A program made the position numbers and the translations under genes. The notes under the pieces were generated by a model, which searched no databases, had not been told where the DNA came from, and saw only the letters and a program-made list of their open reading frames with translations. A stretch of DNA of 24,000 nucleotides from positions 125,433 through 149,432 of the forward strand of contig NZ_KB889665.1 in NCBI RefSeq assembly GCF_000372745.1, in the 5' to 3' direction. Every line of letters begins with the position of its first letter. Within the stretch, counting starts at the first letter, position 1. Below, piece after piece: positions 8,227-15,006 of this stretch. This DNA comes from Embleya scabrispora DSM 41855. GTDB lineage: Bacteria > Actinomycetota > Actinomycetes > Streptomycetales > Streptomycetaceae.

Positions 8227-9012
8227 ATGGGCGCACCGATCGAAGCGATGGACCGCAATCTCGCCGAGCACGCGTGCCACCTGCACCGGGTCACCCCCGG
8301 GATGCGGGTGGACGAGGACGATCACGTGATCGTCGCGGACAGTGGCCTGGCGCACGACACGTACAACCTCGTCGCGGGCGCGCGGCTGACCGCGCAGACG
8401 GTGGGGCCGGTCGTCGAGCGCACGGTGCGCCGGGTCGCGGCGACCGGGCGACCCTTCTCGTGGTGGGTCACGCAGGGGTCTCGGCCGACGGATCTGGCCG
8501 AGCGGCTGGTGGCGCATGGCCTGCCGATCAACGAGAGCGAGGTGGCGATGTGGGCGCGGTGGGGTGGGACCACGTCCGCCGAGGCCGTGTTCCCGGCCGG
8601 GTTGCGGATCGAACCGGTGCTCACGCGCGCGGGGTTGCTCGACTACGCCGAGGTGCTCGCCGCGCTCTGGACGCCGTCCGCGCAGGACGTCGTACGGTTC
8701 GTCGAGCTGACCGCGGAGGCCGCGCTCGGGTCCGCCGCGCGCTACCTGGTGGGATACGCGCAGGGTCGGCCGGTGGCCACCGCCGAGGTGTTCCTGCACG
8801 CCGGGGTCGCGGGGGTGTACAACATCGCGACGCTCGCCGCGCACCGGCAGCGAGGGTACGGCGCGGCGCTGACTCGGGCCGCGCTGGACGTGGCGGTCGA
8901 CGAGGGGCATCCCGTCGCGGTGTTGCAGGCATCGGCGGCGGGCGAGCCCGTGTACCGGAAGTTGGGCTTCCAGGTACTCGGGCCGGTCACCGAGCATGCG
9001 TTCGCGGGGTGA
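8227..9012 (+). CDS. GNAT-family N-acetyltransferase
   Basis: Acetyl-CoA-binding motif [17 protein letters not shown] (R/Q-x-x-G-x-G/A), followed by [17 protein letters not shown] chose ATG 8227 because the ORF-track extension from 8080 is Arg/Pro-rich and not protein-like. Confidence 0.75.
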   Translation: MGAPIEAMDRNLAEHACHLHRVTPGMRVDEDDHVIVADSGLAHDTYNLVAGARLTAQTVGPVVERTVRRVAATGRPFSWWVTQGSRPTDLAERLVAHGLPINESEVAMWARWGGTTSAEAVFPAGLRIEPVLTRAGLLDYAEVLAALWTPSAQDVVRFVELTAEAALGSAARYLVGYAQGRPVATAEVFLHAGVAGVYNIATLAAHRQRGYGAALTRAALDVAVDEGHPVAVLQASAAGEPVYRKLGFQVLGPVTEHAFAG

Positions 9013-9030
9013 GGAGCGGGTTCGACCCGG

Positions 9031-9948
9031 TTACTTGAGCAGCTCCGGGTGCAGTGCCTCGACCATTCGGCGCATGCCGTCCCGCCAGTGCACGGTGGTG
9101 CGGCCGGTGATCTCGTGCATCCGGGTCAGGTCCAGCGTGACCGAGTCGATGGTCGCGTCGGTGGAGTTGAACTCGGGCGTGACACCGGTGAGTTCGGCCA
9201 GATAGCCGCACCACTCCTCGATGCTCACCGGGTCGCTGCCGCCCCAGTTGACGGTGGTGACCTCGGGTGTGGCCGCCGCGAACAGTGCGGGGAGCGTGCC
9301 GGCGATGTCGTCCACATGAATCGGGTGGTAGATGCTCGGCGCGTTGGTGTGCACGTCGATCGGCGCGCCGCCGAGCATCATCTCCAGGTGGATGCCGGGC
9401 CAGCCGCCGTTGTCGCCGTAGGGCACCGACAGGCGCGCGATCGTGGTCGGCAGGTCGAAGCGGCGCGCACCCCAGCGGGCGGCGCCCTCGGCCGCGATCT
9501 TGCAGATGCTGTACGTCTCCAGGAACGACCACACGCCGTGGTTGTCACCGAGCGACGCGCTCTCGGTGAGTTCCTTGTGGCCGGCGGGCTGGTACACCGC
9601 GGTGGAGGAGCAGTGCAGGAACGCCCGGGCGGCCTGGTGGTGTTCCATCAGGGACAGGACGCCTCCCGCGTTCGCGTCCAGGTCCACGTCCCAGTCGCCG
9701 TTCTTGGCGACGGCGAAGTTGACCACGTAGTCGGCGTCGGCGGGCAGCGCCGCGACGTCGCCGGCGGCCAGGTCGATCCGGACGCACGTGACGCCTGCGG
9801 CCTCCAGGCGCTCGCGGGCCTCGTCGTCGTGGAAGCGGGCTGCGCCGTACACGTCGTTGTCCCGGGCGAGGATCTTGGCGACCGGTTCGGCGACTTGGCC
9901 GGTGACTCCGGTGACGACGATTTTGGCGCCTGTGAGGGTCGATGCCAT
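9031..9948 (-). CDS. NAD(P)-dependent epimerase/dehydratase-type SDR (extended SDR family)
   Basis: N-terminal Rossmann motif KIVVTGVTGQVAEPV (GxxGxxG-type) and a length of about 305 aa. The SD GGAGGA lies upstream of ATG (complement of 9946-9948). Confidence 0.75.
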   Translation of the reverse strand: MASTLTGAKIVVTGVTGQVAEPVAKILARDNDVYGAARFHDDEARERLEAAGVTCVRIDLAAGDVAALPADADYVVNFAVAKNGDWDVDLDANAGGVLSLMEHHQAARAFLHCSSTAVYQPAGHKELTESASLGDNHGVWSFLETYSICKIAAEGAARWGARRFDLPTTIARLSVPYGDNGGWPGIHLEMMLGGAPIDVHTNAPSIYHPIHVDDIAGTLPALFAAATPEVTTVNWGGSDPVSIEEWCGYLAELTGVTPEFNSTDATIDSVTLDLTRMHEITGRTTVHWRDGMRRMVEALHPELLK

Positions 9949-10162
9949 GGGGGTCCTCCGTGCGGGTCGCTGCGCTTTGCTTGCGGGATGGATTCGGTGG
10001 GGGTTGCGCGAGGTGGCGGGTCCGGGGGCGGAGGCATTTCCTGTCCTCGAACGCCGGACGGGCTGGAGGCGCGCTCGGTGGGTCGGGTGGCTGGTGGTGC
10101 GAGCTGCTGTCGGGGTGTCGCGCGGGTTGTTGTCCTCGGGCGGCGGGCGGGCCGGATTTGGT

Positions 10163-10300
10163 GGGCGGGTTGGGGTGGTGGGTGTGGGCGCACGTTAGTG
10201 CAGGATGCGATTGGGGGGAAGGGAGGGGCGAGGGGGTTCCCTTGTGTGGGGGTGCGGGCGGAACGGGGGGTGTCCGTTGGGCGTCTTCGGTGGCGGGGGA
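10163..10300 (+). repeat. Cluster of canonical G-quadruplex-forming motifs on the plus strand
   Basis: GGGCGGGTTGGGGTGGTGGGTGTGGG (10163-10188), GGGGGGAAGGGAGGGGCGAGGGGG (10213-10236), and further G5/G3/G6/G3/G5 runs at 10248-10299. All sit in the 5' region of the gene starting at 10320. Confidence 0.7.
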
Positions 10301-10319
10301 TCGACGTTCGGGGGCAGCC

Positions 10320-10895
10320 ATGGGTGTGACGGGGCACTGCCGACTGTGTGGGACTCCGGTGGCGGACGAGCGCCACGGGTATTGCGAAGGGCCGCTGTGC
10401 GGGGCCGATCTGGCCGGGCAGCGGGTGGGGAATCCGGCACTCGCGGTGCAGGTCGGATTCGAGCGGGCGCGGGTGGCGGCGGCCCCCGGAGAGGTGGTCG
10501 AGGCGCGGTTGATGGTGCGCAATCGCGGCGGCGCGGCCGAGCGGTTCCGGGTCCGGGTGTTCGACGCGGAGCGAGTCGCGGTGGCGGAGCCGGAGCCGGG
10601 TGCGCCGATCGGACCGGGGGCGCAGGTGGTGTGGATCGTGCGCTACCGGGTGCCGCGCGAGGTGGGTCCGACGGGTGCGTCCGGCGGTTCGGCGGCGGGG
10701 CTGTTGTATCACGCGGCGGTGCGGGCCGAGGCGGTGTGCGATCGGCGGGTGGGCGCGGCGGCGGTGCTGGATGTGCGCATCCGCGGCGGTACCGACCGGG
10801 TCGACCCGATGCCCGGTGGTGAGCCGCGTTTCAGCGCGTCCAGTCGGGGGCGTGCCGTGCGACCAGGCGCTGCCACGCGGGGACGCCACCCTTGA
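10320..10895 (+). CDS. Hypothetical protein with an N-terminal Cys-rich (zinc-ribbon-like) motif and a predicted beta-rich domain
   Basis: CRLCGTPVADERHGYCEGPLC is followed by a segment resembling Ig-like/CARDB-type domains (APGEVVEARLMVRNRGGAAERFRVRV...VVWIVRYRVP). GC3 is high. I chose ATG 10320 because the upstream part of ORF 9942-10895 is the G-rich non-protein-like spacer. Its 3' tail overlaps the convergent gene. Confidence 0.5.
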   Translation: MGVTGHCRLCGTPVADERHGYCEGPLCGADLAGQRVGNPALAVQVGFERARVAAAPGEVVEARLMVRNRGGAAERFRVRVFDAERVAVAEPEPGAPIGPGAQVVWIVRYRVPREVGPTGASGGSAAGLLYHAAVRAEAVCDRRVGAAAVLDVRIRGGTDRVDPMPGGEPRFSASSRGRAVRPGAATRGRHP

Positions 10896-11760
10896 GCGGC
10901 CAGGCCCGGGTCAGGCCGTAGCCCTCACGCAGTCGGTGCAGGTCCCGGGCGAGTTGCCGGCCCGCGTCGCGTATCGCGTTCCCGACGGCGGCCTCGGGCA
11001 CACCGGCGATCGCGGCCATGCGCCGCTCGTACCCGCCCACCGGGCCGGCCACGTAGACGTCGTGTTCCGCCGGGCGGGAGAGCACCAGCAACGGCGGCAC
11101 CCGGCCCTCGGCGAGCGACGCGGCGAGTCGGTCGTGGCCGTCGAGGACCACGTGCGTCTGGAACATGCTGATCCACCAGACCAGGACAGGGGGCAGCGAG
11201 CCGTCCCGGACCTGCTTGCGATACGCCTTGACCCGCCCGTCCTCGGCCGACGCGAGCGGGTGCAGCGGCAGGATCTCCCAGTAGTGGTAGGTGTGCGCGT
11301 TGAAGTCGATCCGCCCCTCGGGCCACGTGGCCAGTGTCGGCGCGGCGAACTCCGGAAAGCGCAATCGGGTGCGATCCATGTCCCGTGAGAGCACCCACGC
11401 ACCACCGTACAGCGGCCCGGTCCGGCTCAGCTCGTCCGCCATGCGATGCGCCCAACGGGCGTACCAGACCGGGTCGTTCGGGGTGCCCAGGGCGCGTGCC
11501 TCGGCGGCGCGCAGCGGGGCGAGCGGGGAGCGGTACGGGGTGGGGCAGCGATAGTCGACGCCGTACCAGCCGGGGTCGGACTCGGCGAGCAGCAGCGGTG
11601 GTGCGTCCACCTCGGGACCACTCTCGGACGAGGCGTCGACCAGGGCGAATCTGCGGTTGCCTGCCGCCAGGAGCCGCAGCGACGGCCGCGCCGACTCGGG
11701 TACGTCCAGGCGCAACGCGTCCCAGTCGCCGCCCGGCCGGGTGAGATTCGTGCGGTTCAT
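10831..11760 (-). CDS. Uncharacterised protein with a C-terminal ParB/sulfiredoxin-like (ParBc) domain
   Basis: The segment RVKAYRKQVRDGSLPPVLVWWISMFQTHVVLDGHDRLAASLAEGRVPPLLVL follows the ParB N-terminal-domain pattern (G.l.Pi.V ... lvDGhHRl.A....G...vP..v). I did not recognise the N-terminal ~170 aa. An AGGA lies upstream of ATG (complement of 11758-11760). Confidence 0.6.
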   Translation of the reverse strand: MNRTNLTRPGGDWDALRLDVPESARPSLRLLAAGNRRFALVDASSESGPEVDAPPLLLAESDPGWYGVDYRCPTPYRSPLAPLRAAEARALGTPNDPVWYARWAHRMADELSRTGPLYGGAWVLSRDMDRTRLRFPEFAAPTLATWPEGRIDFNAHTYHYWEILPLHPLASAEDGRVKAYRKQVRDGSLPPVLVWWISMFQTHVVLDGHDRLAASLAEGRVPPLLVLSRPAEHDVYVAGPVGGYERRMAAIAGVPEAAVGNAIRDAGRQLARDLHRLREGYGLTRAWPLKGGVPAWQRLVARHAPDWTR

Positions 11761-11800
11761 CCGGTGATCCTAGAGCCGCGGCCGTGAACCGGCCGGCAAC

Positions 11801-12274
11801 ATGTCCGGAATGAAGGCATCGCTGTGGTTCACCTGGACCCTGTCGGGTTCCGGCTGGGCCGACTGCACCATCGCCGACACCTCCGGAGAGGCGCAGTTGG
11901 TCGTCTCCTGCGTCACCCACGCGCCCGAGGAACTGATCGGCGCGGTGACCCGGCTCGCGCTCGGCGAGCCGGGCGATCACAAGGTGATGTTCGAAGCCGA
12001 ACCGAACGGCTATCTGTGGCACCTGAGTCCGGATGGCGACGCGGTGGACGTCCGGATCGTCGAATACGCCGACGCGTCCGTGCGCACCCGGCCCGGCGAC
12101 GTGTTGTGGGAGGCGCGCCACCCGATCGAGCTGCTCGCGCGAAGCGTGCTGCGCGGATTCGACCGGGTGGACTCCGACCTCGGTGGGGACGGTTGGTGCG
12201 CCGACTGGCGACGGCCCTTTCCGCGGCGGGAGTTGGAGGCGCTGCGGACGGCGTGGGACAAGCTGAGGAGGTGA
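11801..12274 (+). CDS. Small acidic hypothetical protein (157 aa), divergent partner of the ParB-like gene
   Basis: GC3 is high throughout and the sequence is non-repetitive, Trp-rich and acidic. It is separated by only 40 bp from the divergent gene ending at 11760. No family recognised. Confidence 0.55.
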   Translation: MSGMKASLWFTWTLSGSGWADCTIADTSGEAQLVVSCVTHAPEELIGAVTRLALGEPGDHKVMFEAEPNGYLWHLSPDGDAVDVRIVEYADASVRTRPGDVLWEARHPIELLARSVLRGFDRVDSDLGGDGWCADWRRPFPRRELEALRTAWDKLRR

Positions 12275-12305
12275 GCGGTTCGGGCGCGCCGGCACCCGAC
12301 CCGCC

Positions 12306-13934
12306 TCAGCTCGCGGTCGACCCCCACGGCCAGGCGGCGTCCCGGCCCGCCTCCAGCAGCGGAACCATGGTGAACGCGGCGTCGGTCAGGCCGCCGAAGG
12401 TGTGCCGATTGTGTGCGCCGGACGGGGTGTGTCCGGTGTGGTAGCCCGCCAGGTTCCAGGTGTACAGCGGCGTGCTCTCCGGGAGCGATGCGGTGATTGC
12501 CTGCGCGTCGTGATTGTTCTGCTCGTCGGTGACGATCAGCACCCGGTCGTGCGCCCGGTACTCCTGACGCAGCGCCAGGGCGGTGTCCGTGCCGCCGCCG
12601 AGGAAGAAGCCGTCGTGGCGCCAGCGCTCCAGCGAGCGCAGCAGCGACTCGCCGCGGCCCAGCGGGAACGCCTTGGTCCGCGCGCCGGACGGGTCGTTCC
12701 AGGTGCGCCGGGCGCTGGAGAAGGACACCACGTCGGCATAGCCGCAACGGCGGCCCAGCGCGATGCCGAACAGCGCGGCGGCGTCCCAGCGTCGGAGCGT
12801 GCCGTCCCGAGAGAAGCCCGAGTCCATGCTGGAACTGGTGTCCACCAGAATCAGCGTATGGCCGGGCAGTTTCGGGATGTTCGCCAGCGCGTGGCCGAGC
12901 GCCAGCTCCAGTGGCTGGGACCAGCGCAGCGACGGCGCGGCGCGGTACGCGGACACGAACCGGAACGGCAACTGTCGGGCCCGAAGCACCTCTTCGGGGT
13001 CGGCCAGGCGAGCCGCGACCTGCCCGGCGAGCACGTCGTCCACGCCTGCCTCGTCGAAGTTGCGCAGGTTGCGCAGCAGCGCCATGTACCCCATCGACGG
13101 GATCACCGCGGACCACGCCGCGGCGTCCATCGGCCCCTGGAGCCAACCCGCCAGCGCTTCCCAGGTGATCCCGGCGGCACGCAGCCGCTCGCCCGCGTCG
13201 GGTGCGCGCAGCAGCGCCGCGCGGTCGGCGACGGGTACGGCCATCAGCTCGGCGCGCGCCGTGAGCATCGGGTCCGACGCGGGCGGCGTGGCCGTGTCGG
13301 GGTGGTGCCTGCGGTCCAGTGCGTAACCGAACAGCGCGCCCTGCCAGGGCTTTTCCGGGGCCGGGCGCGGGTGGATCAGGTTGAGCACGTCGCCGAAGCG
13401 GTAGCCCTTGGTCGCGGTGTCGTACTTGAGCAGCGCCTGCGGCGTGTACAGCCGGCGCACCGCGTCCTCGATCCCGCGCTTGATCGGCTTGGGTACGTTG
13501 CGGCCGTAGCGCGAGGTCCAGTAGGCGAGCAGCTCACCGGGCTCGTCGGCGCGCCGCAACACCGCGTCCACCGCCTGCCGGGACAACCCGGGCAGCCCGA
13601 ACTCCAGGCGGGCCCGCGTCATTTCGGCGGCGCCGACGATGGCGGCGGTGCGCATGTTGGCATCGCGGCGCAGCCAGGTGAGCAGGCCGAGCAGCCATTC
13701 GCCGTCGTATACGGCCAGTTCCTGGACGAGCTGGGTGAACCGGTCGTCGCGCGCGCCGCCGCTCTCGTAGAACGTGTCGTTGCCGACGAAGTTCGTGACG
13801 GCGAGCAGGAACAGTTCGCTGCGTGCGTCGCGCGTGTAACCCGTGCCGCCCTGGTGGTTGACCGTTTTCTCGCCGGTGCTGCGAATCGGCGAGGCGGTGG
13901 CGGGTCGGGCACCGCGCAGGTTGAATCGAGACAT
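12306..13934 (-). CDS. rsr: Rsr, the bacterial Ro60 orthologue (TROVE domain plus C-terminal vWA domain)
   Basis: TROVE-type N-terminal region (VNHQGGTGYTRDARSELFLLAVTNFVGNDTFYESG...WLRRDANMRTAAI) and a vWA domain with the MIDAS motif LILVDTSSSMDS (DxSxS). The chosen start is MSRFNL (complement of 13932-13934). The longer ORF to 14330 would run through the structured RNA upstream. Confidence 0.9.
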   Translation of the reverse strand: MSRFNLRGARPATASPIRSTGEKTVNHQGGTGYTRDARSELFLLAVTNFVGNDTFYESGGARDDRFTQLVQELAVYDGEWLLGLLTWLRRDANMRTAAIVGAAEMTRARLEFGLPGLSRQAVDAVLRRADEPGELLAYWTSRYGRNVPKPIKRGIEDAVRRLYTPQALLKYDTATKGYRFGDVLNLIHPRPAPEKPWQGALFGYALDRRHHPDTATPPASDPMLTARAELMAVPVADRAALLRAPDAGERLRAAGITWEALAGWLQGPMDAAAWSAVIPSMGYMALLRNLRNFDEAGVDDVLAGQVAARLADPEEVLRARQLPFRFVSAYRAAPSLRWSQPLELALGHALANIPKLPGHTLILVDTSSSMDSGFSRDGTLRRWDAAALFGIALGRRCGYADVVSFSSARRTWNDPSGARTKAFPLGRGESLLRSLERWRHDGFFLGGGTDTALALRQEYRAHDRVLIVTDEQNNHDAQAITASLPESTPLYTWNLAGYHTGHTPSGAHNRHTFGGLTDAAFTMVPLLEAGRDAAWPWGSTAS

Positions 13935-13955
13935 GGGAACCCCCGTGGAGATGGG

Positions 13956-14126
13956 GGGAGGTGCCGCGTCGGGGTGCCCGAGATCAAGGTCGGCCGGGCG
14001 TTCAAGGTGCTCTACCGCTGAGCTACCGCCGGCGAACCGGCGACCGGGACTCGAACCCGGGACTGCCCCATTATCAGTGGAAGAAATCCCGGCCTGCGCA
14101 CCGGGCACCCCGACATTGGTCCTCCC
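13956..14126 (-). ncRNA. yrlA: YrlA-type Y RNA candidate with a circularly permuted tRNA-like module (boundaries approximate)
   Basis: Minus-strand read 14070->14003: UGGGG-CAGUC-[CCGGG-UUCGAGU-CCCGG]-[UCGCCGG-UUCG-CCGGCGG]-UA-[GCUC-AGCGGUA-GAGC]-A-CCUUG. This gives a T-arm with a canonical 7-nt T-loop, a 7-bp acceptor-like stem capped by a UUCG tetraloop, a U8/A9-like linker, and a D-arm with a GG loop. The module is closed by three helices: 7 bp (14094-14088 with 13998-13992), 14 bp (14114-14101 with 13981-13968) and 6 bp (14126-14121 with 13961-13956). It lies directly 5' of rsr on the same strand. Confidence 0.75.
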
Positions 14127-14308
14127 GAGATCATGACCACGCCCGGTCGGGACTGTGTCCCATCGTCCTTGAAATGGAAGTAACCGGTCGTGTGCGCACC
14201 GGGAGGTGCGTTGCTTCGTCGGGAAGCCTAGGCGGATCGGGTCGTCGGGGACATCGATTTTCGGCGTGCCGAGGTGCCGGAGGGGTCGGTGGTGCGACGC
14301 TGGGTTGC

Positions 14309-14638
14309 ATGACCGCACCTCGTGATCCATCCGCTCCGGACGTGACCATCCTTACCGGCGGCGCGCTGTGGCCCACGCCGGGGCAGTTGCGCGCCGAGCT
14401 GCCGGACGGGGCGCGGGAGCAGTTCGAGGACGAGTACGGCCGGGCGCTGGACCACGCGCGCGACGCGGGGGATCTGGCCCAGCTCGCGAACGTGCTGATC
14501 CCGTGGCAGCGGCGGCTGGTGCACCACCGCAACGGGGACTACGAGGCCGTGTTGGAGCGGGCCCGGCGGATCCGAGACGGCGATCTGTCGGGCATCGTTC
14601 CGCCGCGGGTGGGCCGGTTGATCCGGGCACACCGGTGA
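14309..14638 (+). CDS. DUF6247-like small protein (antitoxin-position gene of a two-gene module)
   Basis: The pattern LRAELPDGAREQFEDEYGRALDHARDAGDLAQLANVLIPWQRRL matches my recollection of actinobacterial DUF6247 proteins. I chose ATG 14309 because the ORF-track extension from 13961 overlaps the Y RNA and is not protein-like. Its stop TGA (14636-14638) overlaps the next gene's GTG. Confidence 0.6.
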   Translation: MTAPRDPSAPDVTILTGGALWPTPGQLRAELPDGAREQFEDEYGRALDHARDAGDLAQLANVLIPWQRRLVHHRNGDYEAVLERARRIRDGDLSGIVPPRVGRLIRAHR

Positions 14639-14883
14639 ACTATGGCGTCGAGTATCACGTCGAGGCGGAGGCGATCCGGCGCACCCTGCCGGCCGCCGCG
14701 CGTCGGGCCTGGGTCGAATTGGAGCGACGGTTGCGCAAGGACCCGTGGAATGCGGGCGCGCGGATGAGCGGCGGCCTCAAGGACACCCTGGAGGCGGCGT
14801 TCGCGGCGCACGGCTTCGCGACCTACATCGTGCAGGAGAACCGGGTGATGGTGAGCGTGATCAACCTGGTGTGGATCGGGTGA
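14635..14883 (+). CDS. Small RelE/ParE-superfamily-like protein (toxin-position gene)
   Basis: 82 aa. The layout YGVEYHVEAEAIRRTLPAAARRAWVELERRLRKDPWN...ATYIVQENRVMVSVINLV follows the RelE/ParE pattern (Y.v.f...a...l..lp......i...l..L..dP ... v.Y.v.......v.vl.v). It has a 4-nt GTGA overlap with the upstream gene. Confidence 0.5.
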   Translation: MNYGVEYHVEAEAIRRTLPAAARRAWVELERRLRKDPWNAGARMSGGLKDTLEAAFAAHGFATYIVQENRVMVSVINLVWIG

Positions 14884-14887
14884 GCTT

Positions 14888-14938
14888 GGTGCCGGGTGCC
14901 GGGTGCCGGGTGCCGGGTGCCGGGTGCCGGGTGCCGGG
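14888..14938. repeat. Perfect heptanucleotide microsatellite (GGTGCCG)x7, which also forms a G3N4 G-quadruplex motif
   Basis: Seven perfect head-to-tail units at 14888-14936 plus GG. A degenerate extra copy (GGGTGCCGGTG) lies near 14948-14958. The array starts 5 nt after the stop at 14883 and lies between convergent genes. Confidence 0.95.
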
Positions 14939-15006
14939 ACCGATGTCGGGTGCCGGTGTACGGAGGCCGGGTTCGGGCGGCACCGAGGAGGGTCCGGTGG
15001 GTCGGC

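Noticed and set aside
9942-10319. An N-terminal extension of the Zn-ribbon gene (ORF-track start 9942).
   Set aside because: The translation (…GFGGGCARWRVRGRR…GGLGWWVWAH…) is a by-product of the G-rich spacer. It would also overlap the SDR gene start. ATG 10320 was chosen.
14003-14070. A canonical tRNA gene, suggested by perfect T-arm and D-arm sequences.
   Set aside because: On the minus strand the T-arm precedes the D-arm. The acceptor stem is closed by a UUCG loop, so there are no free 5' or 3' ends, no CCA site and no anticodon loop. On the plus strand the elements are reverse complements and do not form a tRNA. It is a permuted tRNA mimic, not a tRNA or a tRNA pseudogene.
12306-14330. 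Full 674-aa version of the Rsr ORF.
   Set aside because: The extra 131 N-terminal residues are not protein-like. They would be translated through the tRNA-like and helical RNA elements. The TROVE homology begins right after the internal Met at 13934.
13961-14638. 225-aa plus-strand ORF spanning the rsr upstream region.
   Set aside because: Only the last 109 residues (from ATG 14309) look like a real protein. The upstream part is antisense to the Y RNA candidate and Arg/Gly/Pro-rich.
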